A stretch of 64,000 nucleotides of DNA from Mytilus trossulus (GCF_036588685.1 NC_086375.1:47492001-47556000), one strand, 5' to 3'. Shown: positions 1-13,000, numbered from the stretch's first letter. Program-made: numbers and translations. The notes: a model not told the origin generated them from the letters alone.

Positions 1-779
1 AAAAAAGTTTGAAAACATTAATCAAATTTGAAATTATCAATATTGATTGTAAAAATGGCGGTGTATACAAATTAAACATGTCATTGACCTATTCGATATA
101 GGAAAGCCCATATGATCGGGCTAATACAGAAGTATCGGGGTGATAACTGGACAGATAGGCATAAAAGCAGATATTGAATAGTTTATCATATTATGCTTTT
201 ACTTATCGATAACGGCTAGGTTGAAAACGGAAGGACGTTCAACAAACAGCTTTGTGCTTTTTCTTTTTTAGCAATGGTGTTGTCATTTTTTTTTATCGTT
301 TGGCGAGTTTGAATGTCCTCCTGGTATCTTTCGCCTCTCTTTTGCAAACGTTTATTTTACAGTGATATTTTGATAAATGCCATTGTCTTCAGTTTTATTA
401 CATTTTCCAAACTGGACATATCCGTGTGATAAATGAATAAAGCACTCATTAAACCTCGTTATATATTTCAAAGTAATGTAGTCAAGCTTAAGTTATAATT
501 GAACGGTCAAGTCTTATATTAGACCAGAAGTAAGAGAAATCACCTTGTGATTTCTGACAAAATTCGTTTGTGGTGTTATATTCAAACTTGCCAAAAATTT
601 GTTTTATTGCTGAGTGATACGTTGTTGTTAATGTATAAAAGACAAAATCAAGATTTACACAATTCATAACTTACGAGGAAATTTTGTAAAATTAAAATTA
701 GAAATGCGAACGGTCACTGCACATTTTTGCCATAGAATAAAGAATTCTAAGATCTGTACTTTCTGCTTTTAATGGATAA

Positions 780-1230
780 GGAATGGATAAATACCCTGCC
801 ACGTTCGATCTATGTTTCAGTTTGATGTTTTTCTGCTTTGTATCGAACTGATGAGTTAAGCCTCTTTCAACTGTTTTTTTTATAGTTTGTACTTGTGATG
901 TGCTGTAACAGCATTGTCCCAGGTTGGGGATGGTTTAACGTTCACAAACATTCTTCATGTGTCTGTTAAAAGTCAGGAGCCTGTATAGTTTATTGGTTGT
1001 CATACGTTCATGTTTGTCAGATTTGATTTTTCGTAAATTGTTTTGTTACAAATTAGGCCGTTACTATTCTCAATCTTGTCGGGACTTTTTAAAACCAGCT
1101 ATACGGTATGGAGTTTCTCATTGTTGAAGGTCGTACGATTGCCATTAATTGCTTAGTACATTCACTTCATTTGAACTTTGATGGATAGTTGTCTTTATGG
1201 CAAGCACACCACATCTCCTTATTTTTTAAT
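780..1230 (-). repeat. Abundant interspersed repeat (agatgtggtatgattgccaatgagacaact family)
   Basis: Other in-window copies at ~6357-6420, 21200-21450, 22745-23320, 60685-61080 and 63400-63770. Confidence 0.7.
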
Positions 1231-2173
1231 AAGCCGAATAGATAAGTTCCGCTGAGAGTCAATTTTTGGCATATGTAAGCTCTAGTAGTGTGGGTTTAAA
1301 AGAGGGACGAAAGATACCAAGAGACATTCAAATTCATAGATAGAAAAAAAACTGATGGTTGTTTTAATCTCATTTTCTGTACATCCCATTCGTTGTATAA
1401 CCACCTGTTTTGTAAGTTATTTGTGAGGGAAAAAAACAACACCAAAACAAAAACCAACTAACTGGTTGTTTAAATCATATCTTAATCCATCTTTTTGACA
1501 ATGTGAAACATGTACCTGTAGTTAGAGTTTTAATTGTTAAGTGTGTATGTGTATGTTGCTTTGATTTGTTTTGTGAATTGACATGATTATTATACATTTT
1601 TATAAACAAAAAATACTATATGTACTTTTATTTTTTTAATATTCATAATACGTAAAAAATTGATACATTATATATTTTTACATATTCAATTCATTGTCAC
1701 TTCGATTATCATAATTTGAACGAGTTTTGTTTGTCATGCAATGTTCAATATTCATAAAACAACACCAGTGTCAGTTTCAAACAGCTGACAACCGTTGTAA
1801 TTGTCAATTGGTATGCTAATGTTCACCATGTCCTATTTATTTCCCAATGTTTGTTCGTATTTGCTCCATTACGCCGTAATGGTCTATACTATTGTCATTG
1901 TGCGCGGTTTTTCACAAACTCCTCAGCAGCCTGTGTTCCAGCTTCGATTTGCAAACTAAATGAAAATTGTTACGATCACTGTACGAAGTTTGAGTTTGTC
2001 AATGGTGTGGTAGAATCGCCCACATCTATGCATTTACTCTGCTCCGTATTGCAAATGTACACCGGTGGTACAATGCAAGAAGACGTGGACTTGAATTATC
2101 AAGCTTCTATCTTCGTACTGATATCTGTTTATAATCATATTCAACTCTGGGGTGAGAGAATTCTTTCGGTTTT

Positions 2174-2939
2174 TCATCGTGCGAAAACACGTTTAAGTAC
2201 ATTTGTCTTCTTCTTTCGGTATCTTATGGCGGCACAAAAGACACTTTCAAAGACATTTTTGACTCCGTCATTAGAAGAAGAAGAACATTTGTTGTAGTAG
2301 TCAGCATTTATTGATTTCATTAAATTTTGTCCTTCAATGTCGGAAATATGATCAATGTTATTTTCATCAGGAATGTCTTTTTGAGTTGCGACTAAAACAA
2401 TCGGCTTTTTCTTGTGAAGTTTTCTGACCTCTGGAACCAAGACGGATTAGGCATTCTCAAATGATTCCCTGTCAACTGAGCTATATCATACAATGATTAC
2501 GTCAACGTCTATAATTGCTTGTAATCTTGTTGATTTTTCTTCATGCTGAAAAGATAAATAAAAGAATGATAAGGAAACGAAAAAAATAAATATATTAAAG
2601 TTTTTTCAAGCTATATAACGGTTTGTGTAAATGAAATTCAATATTTTTTTGAATTAAAATAAATTCAACCTAATCTTATTTTATATAATTTCAAAATTTG
2701 CCTTTATAGATATTTGTAAGGTTTCTTTAAAAATATTAATATATATATTTATTTACCTCATTAATATTTAGACTGTATTTGTCACCATAAGCAGACACAG
2801 ATCCAGTTGTTGTTTCTGCAACCGTAGCAACACATGTGTCTGAGAATTGGCTTCCAGCAAATCTTTTAGCAAAACATGTCTTGCCTACCATTCCATCACC
2901 AACAACTTCACAGGAAACAGTGTTCTCGTAGCAAACCAT
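2174..2939 (-). pseudogene. Rho-like small GTPase pseudogene, two exons (2757-2939; 2174-2545)
   Basis: Exon 1 MVCYENTVSCEVVGDGMVGKTC...KYSLNINE ends at GAG|gtaaat. Acceptor tttcag|CAT at 2545, phase 0. Exon 2 reads HEEKSTRLQAIIDVDVIIV*YSSVDRESFENA*SVLVPEVRK..., with in-frame TGA (2486-2488, Cys in paralogues) and TAA (2447-2449, Lys in paralogues). Confidence 0.88.
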
Positions 2940-5900
2940 TCTTACAGATATTTATTTAAATCTTTAAACGTTAAGTAAGTGTAAAAAGTGTTATGCCAGA
3001 AGGTAAAATTACAGCCCTTTTATAGATCACAAGTCGTTTGCCTCAGTAAATCCATTGTTAATTAAGATCTCAAACAAAGTGAATATACCTTTGTTTAAAA
3101 TTGCCAATACTGTGTGATCAAATATACCCCAAGTGTCACAACCAATGCGACTCTATCGTTGCTTGTGGTTGAAATTTGAAACTTGCTTCTTGTTTTATTT
3201 TTAGCTCTTTTATCTCATTGTAGATAAAAAGGAAACAATTCTTTGTTAACCTCATGATATTGAATATTCTGATGTTGTTTATATTTCCTTTGTTTTGATA
3301 TTTGATAGTTTTAAACTCTACGTAACATTGGAAATATCACACATTATAAGTTCACAATGCACAAAGAGAAAATAACAGGAATAAAAAACATGAATACCAA
3401 TTTAATAACTGACTTTGCTAAATACATGGTATTGATTTTTTTAATTATTGACATATTTATCTTTTGATCCCCGAATAGATAAATAGTTGTTCCATTGGCA
3501 ATCATCCTACTAACATAATTCTTATATTGTTATTTATACCTTGTAGCCTATGTCTTAATTAAGACTATCGCATTTTCATTTTTAACCAAAGAGACAACAC
3601 TTTCAAAAAACTGAAAACAGAACGCGTCTGAAGCGCTATTTCTGGATGTAACATCATCAGGAATGCCCAAAGCCGAAAAGTTGAAAACCAAAAATGTCTA
3701 ATAACCTAAAAAAGGACCTAACATTATACTCAAATTTATTTAAGGTCAACTTTGCTTGATGCAGCTAAAACCTAAGTGTCTTTTGGTGTCAAACCTAGCT
3801 TCATCATACCACATCTTCTGTTTTATATATACGTGCATAAAACTACAGTTTAGTTAGAGATTTGATAGATTCACATATTCTTTTGCATGTTTCTTATCAA
3901 AAAAATAATGACATAGTCATTCAGTATTGATAAAGCGAAGAGCGTATACAGTAAAACAAAAGTCATTCCTCTCTCCAGAACTATTAGAATAATCCATCAT
4001 AGAACTGTTCTGAATAGTACTAGTTGACACCATCAGGGGAAACTAGATTAAAAGGCAAGATATAGATAATATCTTTATAACCGACTGTGTCAATGTCGTT
4101 AAAAACTTCCATCATCATATACCTTCATAATATTTTAAGAAAGCTTAAAAGTAGTCACATATATAAAATTTCTCTGACAGAGACACTTGCTTACTACTGG
4201 AAATAGTTAAGAACTGGATAGGAACAGATATGTACATAGTCATTGGTCATATACAGACCCAGAAAAAAAGTTTTGGAAGTAATGACATACACGAACAACT
4301 GTATCATAGAACTTAGGCCATAAGTGTCCATTCGACAGAATTTTATAATTTCCGAAAATAATACATTGGTACAAAAATGTATATTCTGAATACTCCAGCT
4401 CGTATTTATTTAGGCACAATCTTTATGGGGTATCTATTCATTGTAAAACCGCTTTTGTTTTAAACAATACACTTACATTTGGCCAACAGAAAGGTATCAT
4501 ATTTATTGTTTTGATTTTGAACAATAGAATATATTCCCTGCAGAGATCATACAAAGGCAGTAATATGAGGCGTCCAGGTGGTAATACACTATATTGGGAG
4601 CATGTATGCTATTCAGTTGCTATTTTAAGCAACTTCTTTTCCTCTATATAAAAAGCCTGAAACATTTTGCTTATTTTCATTTCAAAATCAGTGCCTGCAA
4701 TAACGTAGTGTGAAGGAAAAAAATGATATACTTTTGTTTTAATAACAAGTGTTCTGTGAATGCAATTACAGTTTCTCTTCTAATGTTGTGATATACAGTT
4801 AAGGTTTTGGATATAATAAATGTGGAAGTATTTAAATATTCGATTCATACATCATGTTAAACGCAAACGTGTTACAGTGACGGATATTTTTTCCTATATT
4901 GGATTAATTCATTAGTTTCTGAAATGTTTAGAGCTGAACATACATATAGATAGGACTTTTTTTATATCTTTTTTTTCTTAATTTATTGTTATGTTTTGTA
5001 TTTGATTTTAGTAAATGTTTAAACATTTTTTAATTTAGATTCTTTTGGCAGATTAATTTGTCAATAATTCATTGTAACTTTTTTAAGGTTCTTTTGGACA
5101 TTTCCAAAGACGTTTGATAACACTAAATGTTCTATGCACTTTAGAACCAAGGTATTTTTTAAAGTGAAATCCAGGGTAAATCACAAAAACGGAAACATGA
5201 CCAAATAAAACATTAAAGACATATCAACCAAAGAACTGCATGGAAAATAACTGTCCTGACTTGATACAGACACTAAAGTCAAAGTTCACATACGAAAAAG
5301 ATAAATAGTCTAAATTTTTACGAAGTAAGGCACCAAAGGGACAAATATCATTCGATGGTATCAAATATTCTCTGTCATGTTACCATCGTTTTTGTACCTT
5401 TCAAGTTTTCATATATTTAAAATTGTAATCAGCCATTTCATTGTCATGTTTTTCAGAGGATTTTTGTTTGTTTTGTTTTGGTGGTTAAAATCAGAATATT
5501 TTTTCTAAAATATTTTTCGTACAACAAGAAACTTGATTCTACTGTTCTAATTGTTACCATATTCTAGTGCATTTTTTTTTCTCACAAATAAGCTAAAGGA
5601 GAATATTGATGCTTTAAAGAACACTCTGAGGGATATCAGGCTTGTGTTTTCTAACGTCATTCGTGCTTGCTGTTATATAAGGATCGCTAGTGGCTCTCGA
5701 ATATTAAATCAGTAGTAAGGCATTATCAAAAGTAAGATTAACGGTATTGAAAATCAAACGAAGAAAATGTAACCAAAACTACGGATAAGGACGTATGATT
5801 GAGGTAGAAATTCTAAGTGTTTCAAATATTTAGAAAAAAATAAAGCAGAACGGATAATAAAAAGTCAAAATAACAAAAATACTGAATAAAAACGACCGTA

Positions 5901-6539
5901 CCATTAATATTTCCAGATTTGCTGTGGTATCGACCTAATGGACTCATTAAAATCACCAATGATACCAGGCTAATAATTTAGTTTAAAACGAGATTATCAA
6001 TGACGTAAGATATTTTTCATTTTCGTAGGCTTGATCCAAACATCTTATTTTACTATAAGAAAACCACATAATGTGACTTATCAGCGAGGTTTCGTTTATT
6101 ATGAGAAGCACAATTGGTGCCGTAAATTGAGCAGAATTTTCGAACTGTTGCAGTGATAATGCACCCCAATCTTAAGTTTTTTTGTATAGATTTGTGCACT
6201 GTTGGTTGTTGTTTTTCATCAGGCCTTTGTATTGTCTAGAGAGGTATGGGAGTTCATCTTCATTGATTCTGCTTTCTTATTTCTGTTTCTACTGATGAAT
6301 AATTAGCTAACCTTTCTTAATCTTCAATAACAATTAACCATATGTGTTTGTAGAAATAAGAAGATGCGGTATGGGTGTCAATGAGACTACTTTACATTCA
6401 AGTCACAATGTGTAAAACAGCAATAATTAGTATTTAAAAGTTCTATCAATACTTATACAATAATATAACAAGTAACAATGTGCAAAAACAGCAATAATAA
6501 GTATTTAGAAGTTCTATCAATACACGAGATAGACTTTTT

Positions 6540-6800
6540 ATATGTTAGTGAATAATACTTGTACTAGGATATAATGTTATACATAATAGCAACTATACTA
6601 AGAGACAATGAAATCAATAAAAACAATATCAATTACACACCACAAGCAGTGAAATGGTCATATAGGTAAAACTCCAGGGGGGGTAATATAATCACATATA
6701 CAAAATTTAAAACAATAGAATTGTCACTTTGCAGGAGATATTTTATCAAACAATAGAAGAGACGGAGCGATCAACTTGGGTTCTATAAAAGGCAGGCGAT
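6540..6800 (+). promoter_or_regulatory. Promoter of the + strand Rho-like gene
   Basis: CACACCACAAGCAGTGA, a G-run, two AAACAATAG motifs and TATAAAAG. Homologous in reverse complement to the upstream regions of the minus-strand copies. Confidence 0.65.
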
Positions 6801-6872
6801 TTTAAGCTTTCTTCATAACACATTTGTTGATTTTAAAACACTGTCGAAAATCAATCTTAGTATAGTTGAAAA

Positions 6873-7421
6873 ATGGTTTGCTACGAAAACACTGTTTCCT
6901 GTGCCGTTGTTGGTGATGGAATGGTAGGCAAGACATGCCTTGCTAAAAGATTTGCTGGAAACCAGTTCTCTGAACAATATGTTGCTACAGTTGCAGAAAC
7001 ATCGACTGGATCTGTGTCAGCTTATGGTGACAAGTATAAAGTCATCAGCTATGAAGATCAATCAGCTAGATCCAAAACAATAACAGAATCCGACGTCATT
7101 GTTGTATGCTACAGTGCAGTTGACAAAGAATCATTTGAAAACGTCAAATCCTTTTGGATTCCAATGGTCCGAAAACTCCATAAGAAGAAACCAATTGTTT
7201 TAGTCGCTACACATAGTGACATGCGTGATGACAATAATACCGATCATGTATCAGACGCTGAAGGACAAAACTTTATGAAATCAATTAATGCTGACTATTA
7301 CAACAAATGTTCTGCTGCTACAAATGAGGGAGTGAAGAATGTCTTCGAAAGTGTCGTCTGCGCCGCTATTAGATATAGAAAAAAGAAAACCAATGTGCTT
7401 AAACGTGTTTTCGCACGATGA
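6873..7421 (+). CDS. Atypical Rho/Rac/Cdc42-like small GTPase, intronless, 182 aa, lacking G3 (DxxGQ) and CAAX
   Basis: P-loop GDGMVGKT, switch I YVATV, DVIVVCYS/SFENV..W.P core, G4-like ATHSD, G5-like KCSA, polybasic tail. TATAAAAG at 6784-6791. Confidence 0.92.
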   Translation: MVCYENTVSCAVVGDGMVGKTCLAKRFAGNQFSEQYVATVAETSTGSVSAYGDKYKVISYEDQSARSKTITESDVIVVCYSAVDKESFENVKSFWIPMVRKLHKKKPIVLVATHSDMRDDNNTDHVSDAEGQNFMKSINADYYNKCSAATNEGVKNVFESVVCAAIRYRKKKTNVLKRVFAR

Positions 7422-7529
7422 ACTTGAACTTATCTCTGCCCGGAGATGAACATTTACAAAACACATCTTGTGTTAAGAAAAGCAAAATACTTGCTGTCAG
7501 AAGACTTTGAGATAGATGGAGTTGGAGGT

Positions 7530-7554
7530 GGAATGTACCACTGGTGTACATTCC
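7530..7554 (+). other. Conserved 3'UTR stem-loop GGAAUGUAC-CACUGGU-GUACAUUCC
   Basis: 9-bp stem. Copies at 37702-37726, 44020-44044, 46877-46901, 49840-49864, 52803-52827, and a variant at 2049-2078. Confidence 0.6.
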
Positions 7555-9009
7555 AAAGACGGATTGAAATACTACTGTCGAATTACAGTGATTGAGATGG
7601 AAAATAAGTAGTTCCGGTGATGTTCAAGGACATGAACTTAGAAAAACAATACGAAATCAGTCATATTTATGAACTTAAAGAGAAACGAATTGATTTAGTG
7701 AAAAGACACAAACAATACTAAGTCTTGTTTATTATTGTAAAGATAATAACAACAATTACCTTAATTTATGTTCTAAAAATAAATTTTATTGCATGAAAAA
7801 TATCTGTTCTCTTTACTTTTTACTGATTGTATATTGAAGGAATGACCTGTAAAGGTATCAAGGTTACTGAGTTACAAGTTTAGACTTAAGTTCAAATAAG
7901 AATGATGTGGTATTGCAAGAACACATTGATAAAATAGAGACATCATCAATACTACTTCTCAGAGAAAAAAAAACCGAAAAACAAACAACGGTCTACATAA
8001 GAATTACAGCGTAAAATATGTAAAAAGTTCAAATTAGTTGTACTGCACACTTTCAACAAAAGTTTTAAGATCATACAATTTTTTTGGCCGACCTATGTCA
8101 ATTGTCTATGTTCATGTTCATGGAAACAGGATGCAAAGGATACACAAGGGACATTCAAAATTTATAAATCAAAGAGAAACTGAAAACACAAAAGCAAAAA
8201 AGAAAATCAAAAACAAAAACCTAAATAAGCTTCATAACACACAGAAAACTAAAGTTTAACATACACGAATCCGTCGAAAAAGGGTTGCTTAGGGTATGTT
8301 TATCCGACTTATATCAATTCTTTATCTGTATTTACAAGTATTCTTTAATTGACCATTGTATACCGTCATCTTACAATACTCTTTTTGAAGTGATATTTCA
8401 GGGATTGTGCTTATTAACAATAACGAAAGTTTTGTTGTGAACAACATGTCCTTAGAAGCGACCAAACTTTGATATGAAGCAAGAGTACCACTCCAAAAAA
8501 GACAAAACAATATTTGGGAAGCTGGAATTATTGAGTTTTTGTATTCAAATGTCACATCATATCAATTACCATACGTTAGTAAAATTTAGATGTTTGCCTC
8601 GTCTTTTCCAAATGGTTATCTTTCAGTTAAAATCTCTTTATATACTGAACAGGAAATGGAAAAAAGAAGTTTCAACCGAAGTTTTCTTAAAAGTCCACGC
8701 ATAACGTTTTACTATTTCTCAGTGTTTACTTGCACTTCTATAACGCACGATAACATAAAGTAAAATCACAAAAGTATTGAACTCAGAGGAAAATTCAAAA
8801 CGGAAAGTCCCTAATCAAATCAACGTTTTCTTTGCAAGTGATATATATTATTTATAGAAAACTGCTGAATGCCTCAATCTTTATATTATTTTAATCAATC
8901 TATTATACAAGCCCAACAACACAACGAAAAAGGATAAATTGTACGACAATTTTTGAGTTTTTTTTTAAGCCTGGCGTTGTTCATTTTCTTTTCGAATTTT
9001 TAGTCTGTA

Positions 9010-9256
9010 CACAGGCAAAATTGCAACGCATGTAAACGCATGTTTACCAGGAATTTACCGTACGTTTCTAAACATGTCAGAAACGCATGTTTGGAGCACC
9101 GTACGTTAAACGCATGTTTGGAGAACGTATTGTTTACATGCGTTTATGGGAAACATGCGTTTGAAAACACATGGTTAACGCATGTTCATGGTAACCGTAT
9201 GTTTGAAAACATATGGTAAACACATGTTCATAAACCGTATGGTAAACGTATGTTTG
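9010..9256 (+). repeat. Left TIR and subterminal repeat array (AAAC[G/A]CATGTTT-like near-palindromes)
   Basis: Repeated aaacgcatgttt / aaacatgcgttt / aaacgtatgttt / aaacacatg units in both orientations directly inside the terminus. Confidence 0.9.
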
Positions 9257-9289
9257 GATGAAGGTTGCTTTACTTCCAGTTCAGATCAG

Positions 9290-9580
9290 ATGCATATTCA
9301 GGTTATGAAATCATGCTAATGAGAAATGAGCTCTAATACTGCTTTGTATTAGACTGACACCCTAACTCACTAATTAACAGTTTGCAGGAAGAATAGTCAC
9401 CCTACTAGGACACATAATTCTGACTAAGGGTGGGTTGATTCAGTCCTTGTTATTACTTCTTAATGCTGCTTGCCTAGCATAGAAATACCAATTTTAAGTC
9501 TTTGCATTGACTCTGCCCCTGTTTGAACCTTAAATAACATCGTGCACTTAATGCAAGCAATTTCAGAATAACTGAGGTGG
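9290..9580 (-). mobile_element. Degenerate SINE-like repeat (resembles molluscan tRNA-derived SINEs)
   Basis: Reverse-complement similarity to 60225-60460 (gcatattcagg, gctttgtat.agactgacac, ggacacataattctgac). SINE identity is from recall only. Confidence 0.5.
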
Positions 9581-10028
9581 TCCAATATCATGTAGGATAT
9601 ATGCATGAACAAACCATAAGTCATTTAGTGAATTATGCGTTTGAAATAAAATTTTAATGGTATCAATTCTATATCACCATATGAGCATTTCATCTGAGTG
9701 CATAATGTTTCAATCAAAAAAGTATCTACAGCTTTATAGTTTACACTGACTATGATGTTGTGGTTTTTTTTTTTAAGAATTTTAAGAGCGCTTACTAATT
9801 ATATCATTAAGATGAGAACACCTTAACCATACCATCAGCTTAAGATAAAACCAATTTCTATACATGCAGGTTTTCTTAAAATGGCATGATTGATAACAAG
9901 TTTTTATTTTTGGTAACAAAATATATTTGAAAAATGTGTAAATAGTATAATAAAAGGTAACATGAAAATATATGGTAGCACAAATTAAAAGTCTATTTCT
10001 TCTTTTCTTTACTTTTTCTTTAGTCTTT

Positions 10029-13000
10029 TTAAACAGTGGCCTGAGGTTCTGAAATAATAAGTAAGATGCAAAGTTAATTATGCATTTTTTTATAACTACC
10101 AATTAATCTTTAATTAAAAACAAGAAAAATAAATTAAGTTGAGGTTAATATTAAGTACATTGATACATAAACATCTATATGTTTCTGAAAGACATTGAAA
10201 ATCAATTATATCAGATTATAAACAGTTAAATTTTCCTTTCTTAACTAACGGGTTTCAGATAAAAGAAACTATAAGTTTTTCAATTTTATTGTATTTAAGG
10301 GTAAAGAAAATCAAAAGATACATCCTCATCCCAGATACATTAATTGTATTTCAATCTTCATAAAGCAGTAATATCGATCCTTGTGGATTGTTAAATTTTT
10401 TTTTATATATTTTTGTGTGTATGACAAAGATTAGTAAGCATTCTTTCATTCTTTAAACAAGAATGTGTCCATATAGTACACTGATGCCCCATTTACATTA
10501 TCATTTTTTTCTGTTTAGTGTACCGTGAAATAAGGATCAAAACCCTAATAAAAAGTAGTCACAGGAAGTAAGTCAGGCTCTGACTACAACAAATGTAGAA
10601 ATCATTTTAACGGTACATGATTCAACTTGATTGTTCCCTTGCATGCAAACATTTAAATATCATTAACACAAGTGTCAGACTGACATACAGTGGTTCAGAA
10701 GGTCATCAGACGGAAGTCAATTAATAAATGTACACTTATCCTCTGTAATTAGAAATTTTTATACACTGTATTCAAATTGCATATATCCTGTTAAATTGAC
10801 AAATGACTAGTAAAAGTCAAAATTACTAGGGAATCACTGCATAGACAAAGAAAGAAATGGAAGGAAGGACACAGAGAATGTAGTCAGACTGACAGACAAG
10901 GTGAATTCTAAATTTATACCACCAATATGTAAATGAGTGGTGATATTATTTGATTGATTCATCTCACTTTTTCTAAGCAATAAATATAAATATACTTTAT
11001 AACAAAATACCTTGTCTTCTCTTGGTTCTTCTTGAGTCCAATTCCTGGAGTGTTTTCCACTTTTCAGGATCATTTATAACCTGGATCTCAACAAAGTAAT
11101 CCTTAAATTTTCCCCAAAAGTCAAGAAAAAATTCCACCTCATCTGACCCGTTTGTGTTTAATTTGTGCTTGTTGAGAAATGACCTCTAAAATAAAAACAA
11201 ATAAAACAGTTATTTGTATTACAATTAACTAACTTAAGAATAATGTACTTTCTTACACGCCTATAATATATTTAAATAACCTATGGAAAACTTGTAAACA
11301 ATTCCAGCTCTTCAACTTTTTAACTGCATTATACCCCTATGTTCTATTTTTATCCATGGCGGCCGTCTTGGTTGGTTGGTCGGGTCACGCCACACATTAT
11401 TTAAACTAAATACCCCAAAGATGATTGTGGCCAAATTTGGATTAATTTGGCTCAGTAGATTCAGAGGAGAAGATTTTTGTAAAAGATATATAAGATTTAC
11501 GAAAAATGTTAAAAATTGACATTAAATGGCAATAACTCCTAAAGGGGTCAACTGACCATTTTGGTCATGTTGACCTATTTGTAAATCTTACTTTGCTGAA
11601 CATTATTACTGTTTACAGTTTATCTCTATCTGTAATAATATTCTAAATAATGACAAAAAACAGCAAAAAATCCCTAAAATTACCTAATTCAGGGGCAGCA
11701 ACTCAACAAAGGGTTGTCCGATTCATCTGAAAATTTCAGGACTGATAGATCTTGACCTGAGAAACAATTTTACCCCCTATCAGATTTGCTCTAAATGCTT
11801 TGGTTTTTGAGTTATAAGCCAAAAACTGCATTTTACCCCTATGTTCTATTTTAAGCCATGGTGGCCATCTTGGTTGGTTTGGTGGGTCACCCCACACATT
11901 TTGTAAACTAAATACACCAATGATGATTGTGGCCAAGTTTGGTTCAATTTGGCCCACTAGTTTCAGAGGAGAAGATTTTGTAAAATTTAACGACAAACGA
12001 CAACAATTGTATTAAAGTTGATTATCAAGGTAGGTTATGTTTGATTTTCTATTCTATTGCATTATTCGCATATGTACTGATTTCAGCAAGTCAACATGGC
12101 GGCTCATTGGTTACGAAATGTCAACTTTGGATTTGACGGTAGCTCACGGGAAAAAACATATAAATCAACATGGTGTCGAGAATGAAACATTTTTTTTTCA
12201 GCGGTTGTTCACGAAATAATCCGTGCAAGCTACGGATCTATTAAAATGATGAGCTTTATCTAACAGGGAGTAAAAAAGAACAGCCATACACACAGATTTA
12301 CCCACCCTCGCTTCAGTTTTTTTAATGATCGTATTTGTCCTATTAGAATCGAAATAACTCATGGAAGCCATAGATTATTGGAAATTTACACATGGCCTGG
12401 GCCGTGATATTCGTTGATTTTATCCCTCGCTAACGCTCAGGATAAAATTTGAATATCACGGCCCGGGCCATGTGTAAATTTCCAATAATCTATGGCTTCC
12501 ATGAATTATTTCTTAATTTACACATGGCCTGGGCCGTGATATTCGTTGATTTTATCCCTCGCTTTCCAGGCCATGTGTAAATTTCCAATAATCTATGGCT
12601 TCCATGAATTATTTCTTAAATAACAGTTTGAATAACAAAAAGTTATAAAGGATGTTATGAGTATTTGGAAATAAAATAAAATCTTGAATTGATACTTTAA
12701 GTGCCAGTCTGCCTACTTAGAATCAGGCAGTGGTCAAAACATGACCAAAAAAAAACACCCAATTTGACATTAATTTCAGTTCATAATATGTAGTTATGCA
12801 CAAAAATAACATCCATTTCCGTTTTCTGTTCTGGTAATAGAAGATACAATTTGGTAGAAATACACAAGAGATTAAAAAATAAGGGGAGATAACTCTGTAA
12901 TTTGCTATAATTCTAACCAATTTTCTAATCGAGTTATTTGATATTACCAGACACATCCAAACGAAAGACTAATAATTTTTAACTCAGGATTATGGTTAGT

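Noticed and set aside
1851-2297. 148-aa + strand ORF
   Set aside because: Non-ATG start, antisense to the pseudogene exon and 3'UTR, and no recognisable domain.
7419-7593. In-frame TGA-ACT-TGA followed by a hairpin and ~55 open codons, suggesting selenocysteine or stop read-through
   Set aside because: The extension is not conserved: copies at 37836 and 44154 have TAA 13 codons after the stop, and others shift frame. I could not identify a convincing SECIS.
9060-9256. p53-like RRRCATGYYY half-sites in the subterminal repeats
   Set aside because: Most units are AAACGCATGTTT or AAACATATG, which do not fit the consensus or form paired half-sites.
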